A stretch of DNA of 59,661 nucleotides, the filler included, from Asterionella formosa (lineage: Eukaryota): NCBI GenBank assembly GCA_002256025.1. It is 7 parts of 7 records of this genome, joined end to end, with 100 filler letters (N's around TTAATTAATTAA, not from the genome) between each part and the next. Parts side by side here need not be neighbours in the genome. Positions count along the whole stretch, not along the records: positions 17,087 to 25,526 come from NKIB01012189.1; positions 25,627 to 34,064 come from NKIB01012194.1; positions 34,165 to 42,599 come from NKIB01012195.1; 4 more parts are not named here. One strand, 5' to 3'. The position numbers and the translations under genes were made by a program. The notes below the pieces were generated by a model. That model ran no database searches. It had not been told where the DNA came from and was given only the letters and a program-made list of their open reading frames with translations. Positions 23,700 through 34,579 of the stretch are shown here, in pieces (position 1 is the stretch's first letter; every line of letters starts with the position of its first letter).

Positions 23700-25526
23700 G
23701 TCCTAAGGATTGATGACATTGGATGATCCCAATGGTCCATTATTTGTTCTTTTTCACTCCCACAGAACCTAAGATGGTCCTTCTCGTTTCCTCCGAAATT
23801 TTTCTTCTCCACTTTTCAACTGCAGTTCTATATGAGTTTGTAAACTTTTTCAATTTGATTCCAGAAGGGCTATCATCAGTTACAAAATATGTTTTCAACT
23901 TTTTGTCAATTTTGATGCATCCAGAAATTTGGCCAAGAGGTGCATGATCATACCATGGATTTCACGTAGACAACATCATCCTTCTTGAAAGATGAATTGC
24001 AAGGAAGTCGTCCAAATACTTCGTTCAAAATTTTTAAATCTAAATAGGAGCTCAAAAATTTGTCGATACAAAATTGAAGAACAGTCAGCTATTTCCAACT
24101 GAAACAAATCCTCACGAATGTTTGTCGTTGTCACTTGAGGCCAAACTGATGTAACAGATACTAACAAATCGTTTGTTCGATCAGTTGCTACCACCTGATG
24201 TTTTAAAACTTTCCAGGACTCCGTCTCCAAACAGAATTGTGCCCGTCCGGTTGCCAAGAAATTTGGTTTTGCCATTCCTTTCTAGTTGCAAAAGAGTTTC
24301 CAATACTTTCACAATTGTAAATGGTCCACATGAACATCCACTATCATCTTCTTGTTGAAATAACATGGAATCATGTTCAGTGGCCATAATGATCTGCAAT
24401 GGTGCTTTGGTGCCAGTATAGAAAGATTCCGATAAACCAATTTCTTCAGGTGTATGGTATTCTTGTGGAAGTTCTCGGTGCTTAAGAATTCCAATAGTTT
24501 CGTGCATCCAGGGATGATGCAGTACTTACGGGCAAGGTGAAATACTTGATCATAATGTTCATCCAAACTTGCAACTTTTCCTATATCACGGACTTGACAT
24601 AATCCATCATTTATAGCAAAAAGATAATGCACAAAATGGCTGTTTTCCTCCTCATCTGATCTTTTGCAATAAACAATTAGCACATACAGTAGTTACTGTC
24701 ATGATGAAGTGGATGACAGTCACCTTGCTTGGTATGACAAATATACGGTTTGTCATCACCCTTGTTTTCTGGGTTCTCATCCAGATCAAATATAGTATAA
24801 CCTTTACATCAGTTGCTGGATGAAGTTCATCAATTAAATAATGGATCACAGAGCAAGTTAATTGTTTCAAGGTCCCAATATGCAAGATCTTTAAAGTCTG
24901 AAGATGATTTATTGATACCTTTGCCTCCGTAAAATACAGAGGCGTAATTGCATATTTCTTGTGGGGTGCGTATTTGTGTACAAATCTTTCCACAATTTTA
25001 GTTGTCCATGAGTTTTTGGCAAACTCAAGGAAAATACCGTTTGCTTTGGCATAATAACTCTACACATTTCACATGCCGACTCTTCACAAAACTAGCTGCC
25101 TTCGGGATTGTTCTCGATGATTTTACAAAGAAACTCTTTTTCTTCCATGTATGATTTGGAAAAAGATTCAATTTTTTTCTTCAAACTTCGTTCCCGACTC
25201 AGTGCATCAACTGAGCTGCCTTAGCCAGCATCACATCTCTCCTGTCTGCATTGATCTTCTTGAATTCGAGGTCTTGAGGTCTTGATCTAGCTCGGACTTT
25301 TCTTGAATATATATTTTTTCTTTTAGAAATGCAATAGTTTCTCTGCTTTCATGATGTTCATCTTGATGTTCTGGATGAATAGTGAGACATATTTCTTGGT
25401 TTTGCAACTTTTCAACCATTTCCACTTCAGAAGTAATGTCTCCCAGGTATCGGCCGGCATTTTCATTCATCGCATGAATTTGTTCATCACATGAATGAGA
25501 ATCACTGAGTTCTTCTTCATTATCAG
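23700..25526 (-). pseudogene. Fragmented transposon-associated ORF, possibly with a Ulp1/C48-like peptidase domain
   Basis: Collinear minus-strand fragments. ENSHFVHYLF and FQQEDDSGCSCGPF resemble the Ulp1 HW and QQxNxxDCGxF motifs; the N-terminus is acidic/coiled-coil. It is convergent with the transposase. Confidence 0.4.
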
Positions 25527-26513
25527 NNNNNNNNNNNNNNNNNNNNNNNNNNNNNNNNNNNNNNNNNNNNTTAATTAATTAANNNNNNNNNNNNNNNNNN
25601 NNNNNNNNNNNNNNNNNNNNNNNNNNGGCACGGAATCCCCTAAACGTAATGCGTTTGCGTTGGGTTTTTCACTCCCGTTAGCATCGTTTTTTAGGGTTAC
25701 CGAAACCAAAACACTGTTTGGTTTGCGTTTTGGTCCACCGTTAGCAACGGCCTAAGTAATATCCATACGGTTACCTTATATATATCATAAATTTATGTTT
25801 ATCGGCTGATGATGCTACATATTGCCCTCTAGACCTGCAACCGGCCGGTAGCGAGATAGAATGAATTGTTCTGCTCCCGCCTTCAGCTGTTTGGTATGAA
25901 GATTGCTGTGGATCCATTAGAGGGCTTTCTTTGTCGAAACATTTGATGCTACGTAGAATTGCGGTGATGAACGTAAAATTCAGTTCATTGGACTTTTTTG
26001 TACACAAGATTGGAAACAAATCAATCGTATTTACAGCACAGTAAACATACTCTACGCACATACTTACAGGTATTATCGTGTGTCTCCAATTCTTCGTCGG
26101 TAGACACCTTGTAAATTTTGTTCATGCTACTACGTTACAAACGGTTCTCCCTGTACCGGTAAGTATACAAGAACATACAAACATGTAAAAATTATTATAA
26201 TAATACCGGTATGCCGGTATGTGTATCCAAACAGTTCTTGTAGGGCAGCCCGTGAAAATATTATCAATATTTGCATTCCCCATCGTGTTTCCAGGTCAAT
26301 AATACCGGGATGCTGTTTATTTCGGTCATCGCATGTGAGCAAAAAGTTTCCCGCAGTGCGTACCGGTAATCATAAGCAAAGAGGAATCAGCAGATCTTTC
26401 CATATACCGGTATACATCATACATATACCCGTACTGCTTATTTATACATAGTATTTTGGTTCTTGCTCCAGGGGTGCGCTCCACATGAAATCTCCAGGCA
26501 ACAAATAAAGACC

Positions 26514-29500
26514 ATGTCAGAACTATCCCATGTTTGGATCGACTCGCTTGTGCTGGGAAAAGCACTAGGCTGCGAAGCTCCCAAGGCCAAGCCGAAATCT
26601 GATTTGGACCGAAATGTACCCGATTGGAACTTCACTAGGTGCTTTCTTTTGTCGGGTGACCTTTCGGCCATTTCCACGGAAACTCCCCTGCACGTAAAGA
26701 TCGACGACCTCGCATCAGAATGGAACGAGAAATCAGCAACTCTCACGGAGGCGACGACTGCGATTTATATCGACAATGCGTGGGAAACTCCTCCTGACGA
26801 CTTGATTACATTGACTCATTTGAACGAACCCAGTGTGGTCTCTGCACTTAAGAAGCGATACGAGGAGGACCTGATCTATACCAGTACAGGACCCATTCTC
26901 ATTGCCTTGAACCCATTCAAGCCATTGCCTGGTCTTTACGAGGATGATCAAATGAGTGTCTATTGGGCCTTTGGGGAAGGCATCGATACCAACGTGCTCC
27001 CTCCGCATGTTTACGGACACGCTGACAAGGCCTTTCGGGCGATGATGCAAGGCATCGAAGCCAAGATGAATACTAGTGATGAGGAATCCAAGATTGCTTT
27101 GACTTGTGATCAAAGCATGTTGGTATCAGGAGAATCTGGTGCTGGCAAAACGGTATCAACAAAGCATATTATGAAGTATTTGGCATCATTGTCACAACGT
27201 AAGGCAGAACATTTAAAGCGGCGTCGAGCACCTTCTCCTGGTCGTGGAGAAGATTCGGCTCCTCGAAGGAACCAAAGTATGCGTCAGATGAGTCGAGCGC
27301 AATCGTGGAAGGCAGGAGCACAAATCGAAGAAAAGAGTGAGTATGTATATTTGTTCCTGAAGGGTTGTTATTGCCTTGTGGAGAGTGCAGTTTCATTCCT
27401 TACTATCCTTGACAGCACATTGTCACTCACGCACACCTTTTTTAAACCATGCTCATGTTCTTTATCTTTTTTCTTCAAGTTCTCGAATCCAACCCTGTCT
27501 TGGAAGCCTTTGGGAATGCCCGGACCATTCGTAACGACAATTCGTCTCGATTCGGAAAATTCATCGAGCTCCAATTCAAGCAAAGTGGGTCTCTTATTGG
27601 TGCTTCCATTGATACCTATTTGTTGGAAAAAGTTCGCCTTATTCATCAAAAGATTGGCGAACGAAACTTTCACATCTTTTTTGAAATGTTGGCCGCCGTT
27701 ACAGATGAAGAACGGAAAGAATTTCTGTTGAATGACTACACCGCACAAGATTTTAAATTGATCAATACGAGTGGCACCTTTGATCGACGTGATGGAGCCA
27801 ACGATGCCCAACTATTTGATCAGCTTGTTGTCTGTATGTATTTATTTATTTTATCAGTGTTTCATGTTGTTGTTCCATTACTTTACGCTAACCATACAAA
27901 TCACCGATTGATTACGTTTTTATCACCACAGCCATGGGAACGATGGGGTTCGATGCCAAGAGCCAAGAAAATATATTTGGCGTCACCATGTCATTCTTGC
28001 ATGCTTCCAACTTGACATTCGTGGCTATCACCGATGATTCGTCCAAAGTGGACGAGTCCAATCCTCATCTCCAACCAGTTCTCAAATTGTTGGGTCTGGA
28101 ACTATCAGACTTTCAAGACGCCCTTTGTCAGTTTGAGATTGAAGCGGGTAACACATCTTATACTCGTACTGTAAACAAGGATTATGCTGCCAAGGGTTTG
28201 GAGGCCCTGATCAAGGCTACATACGGAGCCATGTTCAATTTTATTGTTCAGTCAATGAACAAAAAGATTGATTTCAAGGCCCATCGTAATGCGTCCTTGG
28301 GTGAAGGGAAGGCAGCTTTTATCGGTGTTCTTGATATCTTTGGTTTCGAGTCCTTTAAGACCAACTCCTTCGAGCAGCTATGCATCAACTACTGCAACGA
28401 AGCTCTCCAACAGCAGTTCAATTTATACATCTTCAAGTCTGAACAGGAAGAATATAAGCGTGAAGGAATTGCCTGGGACTTTATCGAATTTCCAGATAAT
28501 CAGGATGTCATTGATTTGATCGATAAGACCCATAGTGGGATCATTTCCATCTTGACAGACCAATGCCGTACCGCTCGCGGTAGTGACAAACTTTTCGCCG
28601 ATGCCATGTACAAGGGATGTGAGGCACACAAACGTTTTGAAGCGTCCCCCTTGCAAAAAGGGTCTCTCAAATTCGTGATTAATCATTTCGCAGGACCTGT
28701 TGTGTATGAGACTGAAGGATTTGTTGAGAAGAACAAGGATGAAATTCCTCGTGGAGCTACTACCCTTTTGGAAAGCTCATCTAATGAATTTGTCCAGTTG
28801 CTTGGAAAGATTAGTGGTCCATCTACTGCCGGTTCTGGAGGAGGCCGATCCAAAAATCTACGCCCAACTATTGGCGGCCAATTCGCTCTACAGTTAACGG
28901 AGCTTCGCAATCGTATTGCCCAAACATCACCTCACTACATCCGTTGCTTGAAACCAAACCAGTCGCTTGCTCCTAATGAATTTGATGAAGCCATAATTGC
29001 AGACCAGCTTCGTTGTGCTGGTGTGCTGGAGGCAATCCGTGTATCGCGTGTTGGCTATTCCCAGCGTTATACCCATGACGCTTTCGTCCAGCGATATTGT
29101 TTCATTGCCTTGGATCAGGTTCGTTCTGCGGAAAATTCGGAAACGGCAGCAACTCTTTTGACGACTGAAATTGCGAAGAAAATCTTTATAGCAGAACATC
29201 CAAACGTACCCCTTCCTACGAGTTTTAAGAACGTTGAAGAAATTCAAAAGGGCCAGACCAAAATATTCTTGCGCAATAACTCCTTCATGTATATGGAGCG
29301 ATTCCGTGCTGAACAGTTGAGAGTTTCCGCTGTCAAGTTCCAAGCCTTGGCGCGCCGCTTCTTGTGCCGCTGCCGCTATTTGCGCAAGCGGGAACGCATT
29401 ATTATGGTCCAATCTGGTTGCCGTCGTTTCTTGGCTAGTAAATATCTTCGCGAACTTCGCCAGATCAAGGCTGCAACAAAGATCCAGTCTCGATTCCGGT

Positions 29501-30228
29501 GCTACCCAATTCGCGCATCCTTTGTGGAAAAGAAGTTTGTTGCCGTCTGGTGCCAGAGGATGGCTCGTGGCAGGTCTGGACGAGCAAAATTCGCTGCGTT
29601 GCACAAAGCGCACATGGACGATGTTGCGAAACAAGCCGCCGAATATAAGGCTGCCGTGTGTATTCAGTGCATGAAACGCTCGAGAGATGCCCGTGTTACT
29701 AAGAATAGCTTGTTGGCAGAAAAGAAGATTAAAGATGCTTCTTTCTTTGGAGAGCAATCTGAGACTGTGAAGATTTTAAGAGCGCAGCAAGTGACTTTCG
29801 CTTTACAGGCCGATAAGGCGGCCGCTGTTGCGAAAGAGACGAAGCAAGAAGCCAATAAAGAGGTGGTTGAGTTGCAGAAAGAACTCGAAAAAGCAAGACT
29901 CTCGGCTGACAGAGAAAAGGCCGCTCGCGAGGAGGTCATTTCCCTCCGTGCTCAGCTAGATGCCGTCCTGGCTGACTTGGATGTGAGCAGAGCAGAAGAA
30001 ACGAAGGCGAAATCGAGGGTTTTGGATTTACAGGAAGAAAATAAGAAACTGAAGGAGCAGGTGAAGACTGGAGCATTTGTTGAAGGTACTCCTTATACCA
30101 GCAGTCAATATGACGACTACGACGATCTCAAACAGCTGGACCAGCGCATGTTCGGGAACCTCAGTCGTTCCAAACAGTCCAAGAAAGATTTGGAGGCTCT
30201 CGTTCAGTCATTGGCCATAATCAGGTAA
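26514..30228 (+). CDS. Myosin heavy chain (motor, ~5 IQ motifs, short coiled-coil tail); exons 26514-27336, 27480-27833, 27932-30228
   Basis: [57 protein letters not shown]. Two GT-AG introns join the ORFs in frame (3474 nt). A possible third intron at 30225-30304 would move the stop to 30362. Confidence 0.95.
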
Positions 30229-30408
30229 AGCATATCACGTTCTTTACAAAATGAAATCATTGTATGCTATTCCGTTTTTAACCTAGTCTTGCTACTCACC
30301 TCAGAATGCAGAGTCTTCTCGCGGATATGAGCGAGCGCCAGTCTCAAGGGGCTCGTCGTTGAAAAGAGTAGCTTCGAATCGTTGCATAATATTTAACGTT
30401 AGTGTTGG

Positions 30409-32931
30409 TCATCTTCGTGTATAGAAAAGAACATAGGCCCCATCGCTTTTTATCACGTCGTCTTCACAAGTATCGAACACACCAGCATCATTGCAGTAAA
30501 ACCAACGTTCACCGATCTTAACGTTGGCCACATAATGTCCTTGACTCAACGATCCCGTATGGTTTACTGTCCCGAATAAGTCATAGTTCACAAGAGGGCT
30601 GGTCTGATTGTCTGTGACCTGATAGCCATCATTCTTGCCTTGCATGACCTCCGACCACTGCGGTAGAAGGGGGCCCAAATCAAGACCACGTGCTGGAAAA
30701 GAGACGAAGTCAGTTATCTTCTTGTTTTTGGCAGCGTCAAACCGTTTGAGATGAAGGCACAAAATCTTTGGTAGGTGTCCAAATGTCTGCTGCTTTCTTG
30801 TTTTCGTTTTGGTCTTGCAAGTAGGACAATCGACTGGATCAGCAAGAGATTCGGGTTGCGTAAATTGCTTCAGACACCGCTCGACGGAGATTTTCCCCTT
30901 CTCGTGTCTGGACGAAGCATCAGTAGGCTTGGGGAGTGGCAAGGATACATTCAAAAATACCTCTGACATGCTACGTTTGCACCCGCACTCGTCACAGATC
31001 GACACGGATCTCAAACTCCCTTCAAACAATAGCTTCACTATATCGCCATCGCCGTCATTGCGTTTTATGTAGGCCTTTCCAAATGGCAATGCCATGTCAA
31101 GGTTGGCTTGGATACGCCCGTGATGCGCACTCGTGTGCTTGCCCACCAAATCCAAGAATGCCTGAAGGAATTCATGAGCATCTCGCTGCTCGTAACCGGC
31201 CAAATGATCCATTCCACCACTTTTCCATGCAGCCGTCAGTAGATTCGAAGGGACTAATGGAAGACCCTTTTCTATCGACATTGATGGTTGCTCAAATCTT
31301 TGAAATGGATGATTTGGTTCCGTCAATGCCCCTACAACCTCCTTACCAATTACAGACCCAAAGTATTTTAAAAACAAAGTATCCAATTCGCACGCCAAAC
31401 AAATATTACTCTTTTGTTCAGAGGCACTAGCCGCTCGTAACAGCTGACACGACTGTGTATCATGACCAATGTCCTTCAAAAAATAGTCCTGCAGTGGAGC
31501 ACAATGTATCAAGCATTGTAACACAGCATTCAGAAAGCACGTATTGCCCAAATTATACAACCCAACAGGTGCCGTCAGCCGTGTGGAGCCTCCATTTTGA
31601 TATTGATGTAATCCCACTTGCAGCGCTAGGTTGCCCCATTTGCATTGTATCGCTCCTCTCATGAGGGTGTGTCGTTTAATCATGAGTTTTCCCATATGCC
31701 GATGATGGTTGGGTACAACAGATGGATAGGATGCCACAATGCCGTTCCAAACAACTCCATGTTCTGGAAGAGTGACAAATTGAAATGCATCCATGGACCG
31801 TTGTACCGGATGAGGAGGCCATGCGATGTGAGGAAGTGTCGCTTCCACTTCCAACCGCTCATTTTCCATATCAAAAATAGTATGATAGACAATGTCAGCA
31901 CATGGGAAGCAGTAAATTATACCTCGTTGTCCACAAGTCACTCCGAGAGCATGGTTCTTGGCAAGGAAGTGATGAATAATGTGTTGTTTGGAATGCTCAT
32001 CAAGCGAACAAGGGACGCATCCGACATGACCACAATCAAGGCATTGAAGAAGGGAGTCGCCTGTGGGAGACTTCCCTGTCTTCCGGAGACAAGATAAACA
32101 CGAGTGATTTCCGGAAGCCTGTAAACTAATGCCAGTATCGATCTGACCAAACAATGGCGTCATAGTTTCTGCCTCGTTGCTGCGAGATTGAGATGCCTTC
32201 ACCCTATTTCGCCGATAGAGCTCCATCCATCCTTCGACTTTACTCTGTGCTCTGGAAGCTTCTTCTTCCCATCCAATTTGATCAATGGATATGTCTGGAT
32301 TGGTTTTGCGTTTGGATTGTTTCAGAGAGGATTTGCGAATGGTGCGTTTACCTAAAAAAGTCTGGCGCTGAGCTAGAATATTCGATTCTCGTTTCCGAAA
32401 TTCAGCCAAGGCTTGCTCGTCGGCTCGTTCTTGTTGTTGCTTCTGCTTTTGCATGAGTTTCTCATCAGCTCCGGAGGGATTCCCTGCGACTGCTGCACTT
32501 GACAATGATACTGAAGGAACATCCGAGGACGAGGCACCCACAGGACGGCCGTGCTTGGTGTCGACTTGTGGCGTCTTCGTTGTCACCTGTCGAATGACGA
32601 ACATATCACTAGGGTCATCAGACTTTCGACTGTTTCCTGTTAGTTGGCAATAACTTTCCGCCAATCCAGCCTTTTGCAGAGCCTGCAAACGAACCTGTTC
32701 TGGTCCAAAATGCGTACTTGAACCATCGTCAAGGAGCGCTTGTAAATGCAACGCATGAACTGGATTCTTGAGCTTTCCGTGGATTTGATCTAAGCTAATG
32801 GCATGAGGAAGCCAACGAAGTAAGTGAGGACATACACACGTTGTCCCGACCACGGGTTGTTGCTGCGTGACATCTGGCTGGTGCTGGAGATCCCTGATGG
32901 GGAGTTGTTGCTCCAATACGTGGGCTCGCAT
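30409..32931 (-). CDS. Ubiquitin-specific protease with zf-UBP domain, USP22/Ubp8-like
   Basis: zf-UBP (CLSC...LQCLDCGHVGC...H...H...CFPC), Cys box GLYNLGNTCFLNAVLQ, QRDAHEF, His box HTGSLSQGHY, and CND. Confidence 0.92.
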   Translation of the reverse strand: MRAHVLEQQLPIRDLQHQPDVTQQQPVVGTTCVCPHLLRWLPHAISLDQIHGKLKNPVHALHLQALLDDGSSTHFGPEQVRLQALQKAGLAESYCQLTGNSRKSDDPSDMFVIRQVTTKTPQVDTKHGRPVGASSSDVPSVSLSSAAVAGNPSGADEKLMQKQKQQQERADEQALAEFRKRESNILAQRQTFLGKRTIRKSSLKQSKRKTNPDISIDQIGWEEEASRAQSKVEGWMELYRRNRVKASQSRSNEAETMTPLFGQIDTGISLQASGNHSCLSCLRKTGKSPTGDSLLQCLDCGHVGCVPCSLDEHSKQHIIHHFLAKNHALGVTCGQRGIIYCFPCADIVYHTIFDMENERLEVEATLPHIAWPPHPVQRSMDAFQFVTLPEHGVVWNGIVASYPSVVPNHHRHMGKLMIKRHTLMRGAIQCKWGNLALQVGLHQYQNGGSTRLTAPVGLYNLGNTCFLNAVLQCLIHCAPLQDYFLKDIGHDTQSCQLLRAASASEQKSNICLACELDTLFLKYFGSVIGKEVVGALTEPNHPFQRFEQPSMSIEKGLPLVPSNLLTAAWKSGGMDHLAGYEQRDAHEFLQAFLDLVGKHTSAHHGRIQANLDMALPFGKAYIKRNDGDGDIVKLLFEGSLRSVSICDECGCKRSMSEVFLNVSLPLPKPTDASSRHEKGKISVERCLKQFTQPESLADPVDCPTCKTKTKTRKQQTFGHLPKILCLHLKRFDAAKNKKITDFVSFPARGLDLGPLLPQWSEVMQGKNDGYQVTDNQTSPLVNYDLFGTVNHTGSLSQGHYVANVKIGERWFYCNDAGVFDTCEDDVIKSDGAYVLFYTRR

Positions 32932-33206
32932 TTCAGTTCTTCTTGTTGTTTCTTGTTGCTCCTTCGCGAAGAAAAAAAGTTTGTAATAATAACGGGCTAC
33001 ACCTGATGATGTCTAGTGATTGATGAATTCAATTGAGGAGGAAGCAACATCAGCTTCATCAGCCAGAATGAAATGATACACCGGTATGGTATAATGATCT
33101 TGTGATGAGAGTCTTGGCTGTAGTATTGACTATATGGTGTACTCTTTCAATGGAAAAGCCAGAAAATCACGATCATGTGCGTGAAGAGTACTGTATGTAT
33201 GAATGT

Positions 33207-33287
33207 TCCGGGTATGCATCCGGGTATGCATCCGGGTATGCATCCGGGTATGCATCCGGGTATGCATCCGGGTATGCATCCGGGTAT
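33207..33287. repeat. 12-bp minisatellite (TCCGGGTATGCA)x6.75
   Basis: Perfect tandem units read directly, ~280 nt upstream of the USP start codon. Confidence 0.95.
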
Positions 33288-33559
33288 TCTTTTAGTTGCA
33301 ACTGGTGGTAAGAAAGTGTCAGATAAAATAATATATTCATGAACTCATAAACTCTAATTCTTGCTTGACTGAAGAATATTGAATTTCCATAGTAAAATGG
33401 AGGGGTCTTACATCATTGACTTCTGCTCAAAAGAAATACCACAATCAATGCAAAGATAAATGCAACATTGTCTGTAGCTACATTAGCTAGAAAAAGCTTA
33501 ACTCTGTTGAAGATGGATTCTCAAATGATTTTAGTGATTGAATTGGGGTTGTGGCTGAT

Positions 33560-33742
33560 GGGTCATATTGTACTGAATGGAAAAATAGAACCAGTACTAA
33601 TTGTATCCATTTATTTGGGCATGAGTGCGATTATTGGATAGCTTTAATATACTATAAGATTAAATGACAATTTTAAATGGCATCAACCCCCATCATTTCC
33701 ACACCTGCATCATCTGGTTCCATTGCCTTCGAACTTCCACCA
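33560..33742 (-). pseudogene. Possible Mutator-like transposase fragment
   Basis: The minus strand just below 33743 reads GGSSKAMEPDDAGVEM, resembling the GSSxxME motif of Mutator-like transposases. Short and degenerate. Confidence 0.4.
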
Positions 33743-34064
33743 CATCTAAGCCGCGTATTACGTGAAGTGACCATCACGTAAATAAGCCTCGTTGATTTTG
33801 AATGGATCACATGAATTAGTTGAATACATCAAAATGCTTACTTGAATATATCTATATATTATCTGAATACATCACGTTAATTATTTGATCAGAGTATCAT
33901 GCATGCATTCCTGATCATCACTATATTACGTGATCACCTTCACATAATTATTTGAAATACTTCACATAATTATTTGAAATACTTCACATAATTATTTGAA
34001 ATACTTCACATAATTATTTGAAATACTTCACATAATTATTTGAAATACTTCAATTAATTCTGTA
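33743..34064 (+). mobile_element. End of a DNA element beginning CATCTAAGCCGCG, with 22-bp subterminal tandem repeats
   Basis: Reverse complement of ~45956-46211 at high identity. Five TTCACATAATTATTTGAAATAC units start at 33939. Runs into the scaffold edge. Confidence 0.75.
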
Positions 34065-34579
34065 NNNNNNNNNNNNNNNNNNNNNNNNNNNNNNNNNNNN
34101 NNNNNNNNTTAATTAATTAANNNNNNNNNNNNNNNNNNNNNNNNNNNNNNNNNNNNNNNNNNNNAAGAAAATCGAACAAAACCGCCAAGACATTGCTCTC
34201 TCACTCAAGCTTGCATACTAAGAAACCATGAAAACCAGAAAAATTTGAACCCGAACCCTTAACTGTGTTGTTTTCATGGCATTAACAAACCAAGGATAAC
34301 AAATACTGGCCACACATGTGCTCACTCCAAATAGTACTGAAATTTCCCAAGAAGCACAAGTTCCAACAGAGAGTAAATTCCAAAAGATTGGGAGCATGGA
34401 TTCATAGATGATTCAAGATTGATGAACTACACATTGCTATAATGGAACACAAGTATAGCATTTAGGTCCCCTAGGAATAGCATGATTTGTGCCTATTCAA
34501 TTATATTTAGGTTCATGAATATGAATGAATTCACTGAGAAAATAGCAAAAGCAGTCCCAAAAGTTCAGTTTAAAATACT

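Noticed and set aside
15849..25526. Haloperoxidase as cargo of the neighbouring Plavaka-type element
   Set aside because: They are separated by the artificial linker at 16987-17086, so adjacency is not biological.
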